This document shows positions 27,025 to 40,135 of a DNA stretch of 64,000 bases, one piece after another. The notes under the pieces were generated by a model that worked only from the letters and a program-made list of their open reading frames with translations, had not been told where the DNA came from and made no database searches. How positions within the stretch are numbered: position 1 is the stretch's first letter; each line of letters starts with the position of its first letter. This DNA is from Octopus sinensis (Eukaryota), in contig NC_043004.1 in the NCBI RefSeq assembly GCF_006345805.1, forward strand, positions 84,444,001-84,508,000, written 5' to 3'. Position numbers and translations under genes: made by a program.

Positions 27025-28432
27025 ATATATAAATATATATTCTCTGTCTCACTTCCTCCTCACCCTCTTGTACTATATCTTATTCCTCCGCACTACTACG
27101 AAACTATAAAATGTTCAAACTCCGCACAATTGATCTGATTTGGAAACCCCACTAGATTTGGAGAAAGCGCTAATCCGAATGATATGATCTGAATGATATG
27201 ATATATATGTAAAAAATGTAATATATAAATAAATATCTACAAATATGAACCATCTGATCTGATTACCTCATTTTTTCTAATATATATATATTATATATAT
27301 ATATATATATACATATTCGCATACGTCTTTAAGTGAAATTGATATAACGTCTATTATATTTGATGTTACATATGGTAAGACTCTCTTCGTTATATTTTGG
27401 GAAAACTTAGCTTATTTATTTTACTCTACAATTCAAACTTTCCTGTCCATAACTTATCATTCATTTTCGCAATTTTCTAAACAACAAGTCGTATATTTCT
27501 TATAGAATTCTTTGGTACATCATTCATACGTATTATTGGTAGTTTCCAAATGTTACCTGTTCAATTCTACAGAATATAAAGGAGCACAATGTTTGTGGCC
27601 TCTATAATGGAATAAATATTTCTATAATGAACAGTCACCATCTGCATTCTACATATTTTAACGGAAAACAACAACGATAAAAATGAAAAAATTCCATTTC
27701 GAATGACAAACAAGTCAGTATTATTTTATGTTAATTCAAATTAATTTCTTTTCCACCGAGTTTTTAAATATGAATCGAAATCCAAATTTCCCTAACACCT
27801 CACATAAATTTTCTTATTTTGTAATGCTCCTATTAAAGATGACATTTATTTGACATTTTCTATTTTCTATTTTGTATTATATCACGCCTGCCCGTGGATT
27901 TCCTTGTGGTTTGCATTTCTTTCAGCATTAGATCAAATTTAATCAATGTTATTCGTACCCAGTGCGAACGAACAGAAAAAGAGACAATTTTATTACAAAT
28001 GACAAATTTCTTCGTTATCGAAATTCTCTTCCATATTCATCAACAACTTTCCTCCCATGCATTAAAGCCTATTTGTATGTCCCTATTCATAAATATTCTA
28101 ATTCGATATGGAACACTCAGCTATTGCGTCAAAGCATCTCAACCAGCGCAGACATGTTTATAATAAAATTTGCGTCGCCTTACAGCTATTATTTGTGAAA
28201 TCTATATTTAACCTTACCTACTGAGATAAAGTCTAGTGTTCTTCAAAAGTCCTCTGTATAAATATCCTGGACCATATCTTTTATAACTCTTTGTCTCTGT
28301 ATTATCAATATTATTGGACAATACTAGGTTTCTATAGGCATTCACACACAATCACAAGAAAACACTCACATAAATATATATATATAAATATATATATGTG
28401 TGTGTGGTGTGTGTGTGTGTGCGTACACGTAT

Positions 28433-28483
<51 letters not shown>

Positions 28484-30660
28484 ATATCATGTCATCCCAT
28501 AAGTTCTCTTAGATTTGTAGATAAGATCCGGAAATCGCTGCACTGGCTCAGTATCATTGGCAATTCGAAACGAAATATAAAGATATGGTTGAAATTGAAA
28601 ATATACGTTTATTGGGAAAATGATTCTGAATAGAGACTTTCAATGATTGTACAGCGTTGATCTGTGGATTATTGTGGAATACCTTTTGTCAGGTGTAGGA
28701 TTGATCCGGCTATTGCCCTAAAATTCCATCACGACACCCTCATGTATTTCCTTGCTCCTAAAGGGTAAACGAATTTCTTTTTTTGTGATTATGCAGTATT
28801 ATGGTGTTTTGTGGCCGAGCCTGAAATTTGTGAATACTGATGGTTCTCAACCTAAGATCTCAACATTCTCCCATTGAAAATTGTCTGTAGGTTCTATCTT
28901 AAATTGGCAAACAAATCATTGTTATTGAGAGTGGGAATAAACATGCCAGTCAAATGATAGTGCCAATAGAATCGATTAAACTCTTTATTTAAGCGCCAGG
29001 AACCGTGTGCCTCAATTAGAAATCATTATTAGATGTAGAGTTAGAAAATATATCTAATATTACGTTAACAAAACTTACCTTTACATGAAACTGGCTTTTG
29101 TTGACTTTGTTTTTTAAAATGTCACCTCCCGAAGTTTCATGAAATATTTACTTGGAAAATAGTAAAATAATTGATTTCTTTTCCCGTAAAATTTATTGGC
29201 GTCGAGCCTAATGCAACACACAAAAGTTATTCCTAAATTATTTTATTAAAAAAAAGAAAGAGACAGATGTTATTAACTATAGTGTATATCACTTTTCTTT
29301 TTCATAATGCGGCATATTCTATAGATGTTTAAAATATACCAAAATAATATAGAATTCAGTGTGATTAAAATTTGATGTGTTGATGATGAGGTTGAAAATA
29401 CTGTAGAGATAGTAATGTGTTTTGTGTTTTTACTTTCAAGTGCAGTCAAGTGCATTATGTAGTAAATTTCAACACTCTATAATGGAATTGCATTACACTG
29501 TAGTATTTTTTTTACTACTATATATTATATATTGTTAGTATTAGATGTATTGTGTAGTCGTCCTGATGTAATTATTATGTTCAAAAATACAGAGACTAGC
29601 GTACGTGTTTGTATAATAAGCATGTGATTCATATCTAAACATATGGCATTTTTGGGGCTGTAGCATTGATATAGCAACCATGCTGTTTTAGCAACTTTTG
29701 CTCTTGCTATTTCCGACCTCTTTCTCGCTGCTATACAACATAAGGCCACATTCGACTGAAAAAGCCAATGATTAAAGAAACGGCAGTTATTTTTTTATTT
29801 TATTTAGGCAGGTACTATAGTTACCAATATATTACGATATTAAATGATAAAGGGTCAAGAAATCGATACGTTATGATTTGAAGGGCATTTTGCATTTCTT
29901 TTTAACATGTCTACTTACAGCTATACATAATTCCCGCGATTGCATTCATACTATTTTGTATATGGGAGCGCAATATACCTTGAGGGATATAAAAGATACT
30001 CCGAATATGATTGCAATGATCTGCCATACATTCAGTTTTTTGTCATTGCTTCTGTTTAGTTGCATTATATGGAAGACTGTATGTACATAGACTTACTAGC
30101 GACAGAAGTGAAATTAATACCAACAGACAATAATCATATCTAACAGAATATAGATGTTTTGCTAAAATGCCGAATACTATGATATTTACTTTGAGCGGAT
30201 TTCATATGGAAGCATAACAAATATTGGCAAATGCGAATAAATTGCGTTTATTAAAACGTTCTTGTACAGACATTGTTCCTTTGCACTGGTAGATGGGTAA
30301 AACTGTTAAAATTGGTTGGGGATTCCCTATACATCTGTCTATGTGTTCACTCAAAAGTATATGTGTATACTCTGGGAAGCGGATCCGTTCCTTAAACACA
30401 CTTACATATATGCATACATATATACATGAGTGTGTATGTGTGTGTGCGAGTGTTTCTGTGTATAACTGTGTACAACTACATAAGATTATGTTTCGTCATC
30501 GTAGGAAAAATTAATAGTTGTCGGAAGGGAATATGCTCGAAGCGCACCGTTTTAATAAATCCTTGCAGTAATGTCGTTTGAGGCTATTGATTTCTTAACG
30601 TCATGTATCTTATATAAATCACAATATAATTATTGACTAAATTACATATTTCTGAAGATG

Positions 30661-30800
30661 ATGGTGAGCTGCCAGAATCGTTAGCGCGCCAGACAAAATG
30701 CTTCGTGACATTTTGTCTGCCCTTACGTATATGAGTTCAAATTCCTGTGGTTCACTCAGGTTTTCATTCTTTCGGTGTTTGTAAAATAAATACTAGTTGT
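30661..30800 (+). mobile_element. Decayed SINE family A
   Basis: 'ggtgagctgccagaatcgttagcgcgccagacaaaatgc..gagttcaaattcc'. Confidence 0.72.
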
Positions 30801-31109
30801 AAAGCGGACATGGTGTAAACGAAATTCCTGAACTAGTGCTAAGATTTCAAATCCCTATATATTTATAAATGACTGAATAGCCATTTACATAATCATGGCT
30901 TTTATCTTAGAAGTATACAACTTATAGAATATTGCTCTCCAGGATTTTATATTCAATGATATCCATAATTATAGCTGGATAAGATAATTTATATTAGAAG
31001 GTGATTGTGAAACGTTTGTTGTTTCCTCATACATTTAACTATATCAGTGATATATATATATATATATACAAAGATATTATATATATGTATGTAACTATCT
31101 CTCTCTCTC

Positions 31110-31165
<56 letters not shown>

Positions 31166-31233
31166 TATATACATATATATAACATATATATACATATATA
31201 TATATATACATATATATATACATATATATATAT

Positions 31234-31266
<33 letters not shown>

Positions 31267-31340
31267 TATATATACATATATATATTATATATACCTATAT
31301 ATATACATATATATATAAATGCATATATATATACATATAT

Positions 31341-31399
<59 letters not shown>

Positions 31400-31859
31400 T
31401 ACATACCTCACAAGAATATGTACTATATGGCTTTCTAGCTCACATTCCAATACCAATATTACAAGATGTCCAATAAATTTTAAGTTAGATGTAAACAATG
31501 CAACGCGGACAATGATAGAATTTAATTACCAACAGACCACAGCCTGACTTAACTTTCAAACAAATTTAATGTAAATAAAATATGCAAGAGCAATAAACTT
31601 TGACATATTTGAAGGGAAGGTTAAATTATTTCTGCTCTCCTATACATTATTGTATGACATTTCCATATAAAGAGTTTTACTACATTTCAAAATACAATAA
31701 TAATGATCATCTTTGTATAATCATTTCAATGTTCATCACACTCTCTTGTATATCATATATTATTATAACCGTAATTTGAATATTCAAAAAATTTAATTAC
31801 CTCGAGTCGATTCTTTGAAGAACTTCACGCCATTATGGACTATTGTCCTCGCTGCTGTT

Positions 31860-31911
31860 GTTTTCGTAGTATTTGTTGTGTTGTTGTTATTCTTGTTGTT
31901 CTTCTTCTTCA

Positions 31912-31994
<83 letters not shown>

Positions 31995-32003
31995 CATTAT
32001 TAT
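31860..32003. repeat. (TTG)/(TTC)/(TTA)n array flanking the R4/Dong element 3' end
   Basis: Direct reading; long (TTA)n from about 31913. Confidence 0.93.
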
Positions 32004-33690
32004 AATGTGCTTGCACAGCTTCTAACGCTGGAAATTTACTACGGCGTCCGCTGTTCACTACCAGTGAACTAAGGTGACACCCCTTTTTTTCGAGTACCGT
32101 CCTAAGTATTCGAGCGCTTCTAACCAATGCTGTTTTCTGCAAGTGCTCCACCCTTTTTGAAGCCCCTATTTGTTCCATGTACCTCCAAGATATTTACTCA
32201 CTGTTCCCAGGGCTCCGACAATTATTGGGACTGTTACCACCTTTTTCGGTGAACGCAACTGCTTAAACTATCAAGCAAACCTGTCATATCTCTCGACGTT
32301 ACTTTCTTCCTTATTGCATACCTTGTTATCAGTTGGGCATGTTATATCTATGATCCAGCATCTTTTACACTATGTCTGGTTTCCTATTCTCTATCTCATG
32401 GACACACTGAATCATAAAATCCCATAGGATCTTTGCATTATCATTTTCGATGATTCCTTCTTTTATGTTCCTACAACACTTGTTGCAAAGTTTCCAATGG
32501 ACAATCATTGCTATGTTGTCATTTCGTCTCATATTCTTTCTGGGTTAGTGGTTTACATTGTGTGCGTGTGTTTCTGTGTTTAACTGTGTACAACTACATA
32601 AGATTATGTTTCGTCATCGTAGGAACAATTAATAGTTGTCGGAAGGCAATATGCTTCACCCTTTTGACTACAAATTCTGCACTTATCACTTTCTGATGTC
32701 TTGTCTATATTGTATTTGATTTAATTGTTTCTTCATGCTTCCTCTAGGGCAGCACAATTTAGAGCCTCCGTTTCCGGTTTTAAATAACTTTTAGTCAACT
32801 ATAGCCCCTTTTTTTTCTCTGGCTATCTTATCTTCAATATTCCAATGAAATTCTTCATGTATTCTTTTCTTTATTCACCTATTTTCAGTTTCATTAATTC
32901 TCAAGTATTTGTACAGTGCAATATTTTTGCAATCTTCCATCCTACACAAGCCCGATCTACTTCTGTGACATTTTTACATACCATGGTAAGTTGTTTCTTC
33001 TGTTCTAATGCTGTTTTCGCATCCAATCAATCCTCATCCCTCTCTTTATTTTTTTCGTTTTTGGTAAATACAGTCTGTCTGTGTCACTCACTTTTTGTCT
33101 AGAGTATCCCATATCTAGTCAGCAACTTCCTTGTATTTCTGTCTAAGCTGTTTAGTTCGCCTAATGCCCATGCGAGTACCCCTGCTGCATATCTATGTAA
33201 TGAAACTGCCCAGGTGTTGATAGCCTCAATATTATTCATTCCGTTTAATTTCGACTTAAGTCCAGTCTCACGGTGCGCAAATTCCTCCACCTTCATTTTT
33301 TTTGTTATTTCTTTCTCCATCAGTTTTCAAAATCCACAAGTACTTATACTCTGTCTCTTCTATTTGCTTTCTAACCCACCCAACCCCACGTTATCGTTAG
33401 GCCGTCCATACATTCGGTTTTGCCTCTCTTCAATACTAATACACCACACTTTTTCAGTCCGAACTTCATTCTGATATCAGCACTGAAAGTATAAACCGTA
33501 TCAACGAGGGAACTGACTTGGGATTCGTATATACCTTAAAGTCTGAGGTCATCCGTGAATAAGGAGTGGTTGACATTTTGTTGGCGGTTCTTGAATACAC
33601 ACACAGCCTTTGCATTCCTCCGACACATTGTTAGTGGTATCATGCAAAGTACAAAGATCAGTGGGGACAAGCAGTCCCCTTGGAAATGTC
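32004..33690 (-). mobile_element. 5'-truncated R4/Dong-type non-LTR retrotransposon (RT core, CCHC knuckle, restriction-like endonuclease end), pseudogenised
   Basis: Minus-strand translations, allowing frameshifts: IFQGDCLSPLIFVLCMI; NHSLFTDDLRL; TFSADIRMKFGLKKCGVLVLKRGK; LNGMNNIEAINTWAVSLHRYAAG..LDRNTRKLL; KCRICSQKGE; QCKPLTQKEY; EHLQKTALVRSARILRTVLE. 3' UTR ends in (AAT)n. Confidence 0.9.
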
Positions 33691-33693
33691 ACG

Positions 33694-33735
33694 TTATTAT
33701 TATTATTATTGTTATTATTGTTATTATTATTATTA

Positions 33736-33803
<68 letters not shown>
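33694..33803. repeat. (TTA)n microsatellite at the 5' truncation of the R4/Dong element
   Basis: Direct reading. Confidence 0.95.
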
Positions 33804-34364
33804 GAACACTGTTATAGTTACTGCGCGCTTCATTGCAATAACAAACTCGGTTCTGTTTGCCTTAGATATGGGCTGTGTTCACTTTCATTGTTTTTATATT
33901 TACTTTGATGAAAATTATCTCCTTCGGATGTATGAATTAGTAAGCAATGCTATTCTCTCTAACTTGCATATATTCGTAAATCCAGTATATACATATCATC
34001 CGGTATATTCGGGTAATCTCTATTTCCAGATTTACGGAATTCAAAGTCTTCCCCATTTATTTTAGAGATATATTTCTATTTGTCTCAATAGTTTATGTGG
34101 AATAGAAGGCATATTCTTTCTTTGGGAGTTTTCGACAACTATATATTATCTATTAGATTTGAATTCATTACCGTCTCTGTGACATTCCCTGGGATGTTTG
34201 TATACCACATTTTCATTTGGTATTGTTCAGATCATATACAATTTCTAGTGCATGTATCTTGGACTTCTGCCACGTTATGTCATGATTAAAGCTATAAACA
34301 TACGCGCATATATACATCTGTCTATATATCTAGGGAGCTAGCTAGTTGTCTATCTATCTGTATG

Positions 34365-34540
<176 letters not shown>

Positions 34541-35371
34541 TCACTGAGTGGCACCTTGAGATATTTTAGATGGCTCCGTAGCAATAATGCCTAGATACAT
34601 TTCATTGCTCCTCTTTCTCAGTTTGGACAGAGATATCCCAGTGGATGTTAATGTGGCCATTGCTATATATATATAATAAGTTTAACATATTTTATACATT
34701 TTTGTATCCGACATTATGTTGAAATATCTGTTGTGGATATTGCTACTGACTAGAATATTTGTGAATATACCTAGACTTGGCAAAAACTAAGCTTTCGCAA
34801 ATAAAATTTTGAAGCCATCAATTGTACACATTATAAACTATCATTTGTGTTAAATTGTTTTAATTCAGTAATGATGTGTAGCTTATTTTAGCCAAGTGTT
34901 TTTCGCCGTTACAGTCTTCTACTCTGGTTTAATTCTATTATGACAGTTCTGACAGATATTGGGCGTATGATGTTTTATTTTCTAATTTCTTTCGCATACT
35001 TTGTAATTTAGTTCAAATTGTAATTTGTCATTTGTATGATTAATATTTCCTAGTATTTTCTGTGTTTTGTAAATCATTGTTTTTAGCTCAGTTTCTAGTT
35101 GATAACTCCTTGTTTGCTGAAAAGATTTCTATTCCATTTTTTTATTCGTTTTCTTATTAGACGATTCATTTCCTATTTTCAAGCCTCCAAATATTTTTCT
35201 ATAGCCTTTGTGGCTACTTCAACCATTTCTATTTGTATGAGACGTCCATCTGTCTGTGTACAAGTTATGTGCATTCAAACCCAATCTACTTTCAAACGGC
35301 AATCTCTGGAATTCCTTAGTATTATATATATACAAACACACACACGAACACACACACATACATACATACAT

Positions 35372-35409
<38 letters not shown>

Positions 35410-35683
35410 AGAATTTTTTTGCGTAATGAGATAAAAACCCTAGGTTGTGTAGATATTAGAACATTTATAGATAGAAGGTCTTACAGCTGTTTCCAGGATA
35501 TTTATCAATTATATCCTTTCATCGGAGACGGTGTGAGAGTTTGGTTAAGTGATAATTAATTTTGATGGGATACAAAATAGAGAGTGAGGTGGAGGAAAGA
35601 ATACAGATATGAGATATGTAGGGATATTGAATTTATAGACCCATTTTGGGCAGAAAGATATATATGTAAGACACGTAAGATTC

Positions 35684-35690
<7 letters not shown>
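35410..35690 (-). mobile_element. Solo PLE-like pseudo-LTR/tail fragment carrying a hammerhead
   Basis: Pyrimidine-rich leader followed by an HHR motif, flanked by TA repeats, no ORF. PLE origin is inferred from the architecture. Confidence 0.55.
35478..35529 (-). ncRNA. Minimal type I hammerhead ribozyme, U4C core variant
   Basis: Minus strand: GTCT-CCGATGA-A-AGGATAT(AATTGATAA)ATATCCT-G-GAAAC-AGCT-GTA-AGAC. Stem I 4 bp, stem II 7 bp closed by A.G, palindromic helix III ACAGCTGT, GUA triplet. Confidence 0.68.
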
Positions 35691-35730
<40 letters not shown>

Positions 35731-35733
35731 CAG

Positions 35734-36030
35734 GAGCACTCCGTCGGTTACGACGACGAGGGTCCAAGCTGAAATGTCAATGGATCAGCTTGCTAGTGAA
35801 ATTAATGTGGAAGTGGCTGAGCACTCCACAGACACGATATCCCTTAATGGAGTTGTCGGAGAGATTGAGTGTGACACAGACACAGAGTGTGACAAGGCTG
35901 GCCCTTTAAAATACAATTACTACTCATTTTACCAGTGCAATGGACTGTAGCAGCGTGAAGTAAAGTATCATGCTCAAGGACACAACGCGGCACCGAGTAT
36001 TGAACTCACGAACTTAAAATCGTAAGCAGA
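35734..36030 (-). mobile_element. SINE family C
   Basis: Colinear with 3221-3545. Confidence 0.85.
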
Positions 36031-36850
36031 ATTGTTTATATACGTCTAATATATGTTTATATACTTCTAATGTAAGGCTAAAATTTTAATAAAGAAAATT
36101 TATCAAATCATTTTTTTTTTAATAACATTTTATATTTTTATTATAAGAAAATCAATTCTCATTCACTTCGGGACTGGTTAACCACTTCTGTGCTTTTCCT
36201 GGCCGTTTACACTTGCTACGTAATTTCTCTTTGTATATATTTAGGGTACTTCAATGCTTTCATGACATTGCATCTACTTTTCCGTGGGTATGTCTCAGTA
36301 TTTCATTTATTTTCATTTTTTGTTCCTCGCTGATGAAGGAAGATTCCCTTTTGTATTAACCAGAAATCGGAACCAATTCGGAGATAACTATATTTTTATA
36401 AATTTCAGTTAGCTTGCTTTTCTCGTTTCGGCACGTTGTGTAATAAATAATACAAGTGAAGATATTTTATCTGGTTAGACGATTTAGCGTCTTTGTTTCA
36501 GCATATTGGCATAGAAAACACTTTCTTTTGATCTTATTTAAAATTATATATATATAGATACACATACACACTCGTACGCGCGCACACACACATATAAATA
36601 AATACATACATGCAGCAATATATATGATTTTGACAAATATAAATGTAATAAAATACCGTATTGTTTATGGGAGGACCCAATACTCGGCTGTTAATTGTAC
36701 TCTCTTGAATTCCCATCAGCTCAAGTTTAAAATATTAATACGAAGAGCTTGAACATTAATTGATATTTGTGATATTCTTTTATCTGTTTCAGCATTTTCA
36801 CTGTGGGTCATGCCAGAGGACCGCCTTTAGTCGTAATAATATATATATAT

Positions 36851-36917
<67 letters not shown>

Positions 36918-37246
36918 ATATATATAGTAGAATTATGTTTTTAAAAAAAATATAGAATATAAAATACACGTGGAAATGTAAGGGTAAAATATGAATAATC
37001 AACGAAAATGCATATTGTAGATATAAAAAGGCTATTTATGACAGGTAGTGACAAATATATACATTTAGAGTATTACTAGTCAAAAAGGTCATTATTAATG
37101 ATGATTATAAGAAGTTAATAATAATAATAAGGTAAGAGACTGAAACGACATTTTGTCACTTTTGGCTATATATTTATGTATGTATGCATGCATATATGCA
37201 TAGATATTTATGTATGTATGCAAGTATATATGCATATATATTTATG

Positions 37247-37327
<81 letters not shown>

Positions 37328-37399
37328 CACGCATATATATATATATTTTTTTTATATAAATAGATAGAAAGATGAATAATCTTGTAGTAGATTAATCAA

Positions 37400-38880
37400 A
37401 AGTTTAACCGATACCTTAGTAGCAAAAAAACAGCAGTAAACAGCACGGTTGGAGGTACAACCATATGGTGTTGCAACCGTGCGTTGGTGCGGATAATTGA
37501 AATTAAAACATTATTGGTGAATTGAAGAAATGGAGCTGAACGCAGATTGAACAGAAATCGTTTTATTTCATTCTACACGTGTTTCGAAAGGCACAAATTA
37601 CCAAAATCCGATTGAATAATGGGACCATATTGTGTCTTTCTCTTCAGGAAGAAAATAGGAAATCCGTTGGAAAAACAAAAACAGAACAGAGGCGGAGCAA
37701 AAACAAATCGAACTATGCTCCTAAGAGCCCATGGCGAAACTGTTTATCAGTGTATGTTGAGAACCGGTGGCTGAAGAATTTAACGGGTCAGGCATCGGTC
37801 AATCATGTGGGGGAGGGTGTGTGGGTGTTCTTTGTGACCGAGAATAAAGTTCTGACTATTTAAGGAATATTGGATGTTTTATAAGGGGCGAGAAAAATCT
37901 ACTTAGAGACGTGTGTGTTTGTATACTGTTCTATATATGTGTGTGTTGGCGTAGGGGTAGTAGAAAACATTTTTTGTGTACGTGTGTGCGTTGATCGTTC
38001 GGCTGTCAGTGGCTACTGCCGCGAGAACCGTTGGGTGGCAGAAAAAAAATATATATATATTATGTTTTATGTGGTGTGTGTTCATCTAAGCCTGCCTTGT
38101 CAAGGAAACCCCCCGCTGTGAAAAAACCAAGCCCCGTTTGCCTTACAGGAGTAATTCCCCTTACAGTGGTTAATCGTAGATATCTTAAAGGCTATTTCAG
38201 AATTTGTTACCAAGGGCTATGGGTGCCGGTATTATTTATAAACGCTATTAAAAGCCAGATAAGTGTAACGCCGCCAATGGGGGCATCGAAAAGCCGACTG
38301 TAAAAGCCCGTTTACCATCCGGCCTCTGGCAAACAAAATATGGAAGAGTTCGGAGACACAAAGGTTGCACTGCCTTCTGCCCCTATCAAATGGGAGGGCC
38401 ACCGACAAAATTGACCATTCCAGCCTGTAGCTTAAGTTCGTATCCTTCAGTCGCCATATTAGCTTACTGAGTCCCGTGGTCTGGTGCTTGTTCATGTCCC
38501 GAAAAGTTGCGTAATGGTTGGAGACGCGCAAAGACAATCTTGAGGATGAGGCCCCTACATAAGTGAAGACATCTGAGTCCGTGTAAACTTGCATTGGTAG
38601 ACGGCGTTTTTGATCTTGGAGTTCGCCGACGTGAATCTTATTCTGCTAGGATTAGTTTCTGAAATTAGAACTGCGTTCCTGTCACTATTCGTTCCGAGAC
38701 CTGCAGCCGCTTACTACTCTATTTTCCACTACATCACTATTAACTATAGGAATAACCCCTGATTCTCCACTATCTATCAGAGTGCTGTCATTGCTACTGC
38801 CCGTGGTGCTGCTATTGCGGAAATGATGCTGGGGTGCTTTGGGGCTCTCTACCCTACTCCCATTGTTACCGTCAACCACA
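37400..38880 (-). mobile_element. Penelope-like element remnant of a second lineage: GIY-YIG endonuclease and 3' region; outer boundaries approximate
   Basis: IKNAVYQCK (frameshift) FTYVGASS..LSLRVSNHYATF..LSKLIWRLKD..YRLEWSIL..CNLCVSELFHI..RCPH, a PLE GIY-YIG C-terminal architecture different from the 478-1004 type. HHR ~590 nt downstream on the same strand. Confidence 0.8.
37564..37657 (-). ncRNA. Type I hammerhead ribozyme, canonical core, with long stem II loop
   Basis: Minus strand: TATTTTCTTC-CTGAAGA-GAAAGACACAA(33-nt loop)TTGTGCCTTTC-GAAAC-ACGT-GTA-GAATGAAATA. Stem I 10 positions (one mismatch, one G.U), stem II 11 positions (one A.C), palindromic helix III ACACGTGT. Predicted cleavage between 37574 and 37573. 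Confidence 0.85.
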
Positions 38881-38901
38881 ACACCCCACAACACCCCTAT
38901 A

Positions 38902-38948
<47 letters not shown>

Positions 38949-38952
<4 letters not shown>

Positions 38953-39116
38953 GACGGGTTTCTTTCAGTCTCCGCCTACCAAATGCACTCACAAGGCGTT
39001 GGTCGGCCCGAGGCTATAATAGAAGACACTGACCAAGGTGCAACACATTGGGACTGAACCCGGGACCTAGAGGTCAGTAAGCCAGCTACTTACCACACAG
39101 CCACACCTACGCCTAT
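38949..39116 (-). mobile_element. SINE family B, 5' half
   Basis: 'acgacgggtttctttcagt..ggtcggcccgaggctata..gggactgaacccggg..cttaccacacagccac..cgcctat'. Confidence 0.87.
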
Positions 39117-39534
39117 TTATACATATTTTTCGTACATAAGGACTAGATGCTTAATGGAAAACTTCCTCTAGCCTAGACATTTTCTTTATCATTGTTATCA
39201 TTTAAAACTAAATAATTGTATCGGTGGCTCTAGTATTATTTTCTAATTATAATGACTGAGTGTATAAATGCGTGTTTGTGTGTGTTTGGGGTTCTAAATT
39301 GTGCAAAGAACATAAAACGAATGTCAGAGGTAGAGGAGGAAACAAGAAACAAGTTTTGTTAATTAGACGCTCAGGAGAAATGAAGAGTCATTAAAATCAC
39401 AAGCCTACGCTTTCCGACGGAATGGGATTACTCGAGAGAAAAAGGAAAACTATGTGGTTGCACATGTTGAAGTGACTGTGAGGATGTGGTTGGAGACAAC
39501 GGTGGAAAGTGAGATGGCAATGATTTCTTTAAAG

Positions 39535-40135
39535 TGTGTGTGTGTGTGCAAGAAAGTGTGTATATACTTGTGTATAGGCAAGCGTGTGTGTGTATATGTC
39601 TGTGGGCACGCATGTGTGTGAGAATGAAGTTTAAGTGATCGTATCTATGTGAATATCGGACCGTACGTTTATGTGTGCGCGAGTAAAAGTATGTGCGCAT
39701 CTGTAGAACAATATATGAAACATTATGTATGCGTGTTCTCCGTGTATTTGTGTGTGCATATGTCTGTGAATGAGTTTTTATATGGAAAATTATGTTGATG
39801 CCTCACGTAAGGTGTGTGAGGCTACTAGATATTTGCGTGTGTGTGTGTGCGTGGAAGCCAAAGCATGTGTGTAGTAGCTAATGCCTATGTGCATATTTGT
39901 GCAAGTAGCGTGTCTGCAAATGTGTTCTTGTCGTTTTTTGTACGTATATGCGTTTGTTTACGTGTGTGTGTGTGTTAAAAAGGTAGACAGGCATATGCAT
40001 CCGTGTGGGTGCTTGTGCATAAAGTGTGTGTGTGTGTAACAATATTGTGTGTGTTGGTTATGCGTGTTGATTATGCGGGTTGTATAATATCTTTCTATGC
40101 TTCTGTATGTATATGAGCGAATATGTGTTGAGATG
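39535..40135. repeat. Degenerate GT-rich low-complexity tract
   Basis: Imperfect (TG)n/(TGTA)n throughout. Confidence 0.8.

Noticed and set aside
27150-27195. Possible decayed hammerhead after a pyrimidine-rich leader
   Set aside because: Core and GAAA both need several edits to fit; not supportable.
36330-36360. CTGATGAA-GGAA(GA)TTCC in a PLE-like tail
   Set aside because: The 3' half (GAAAN..NUH, stem I) is absent; at most a deleted remnant.
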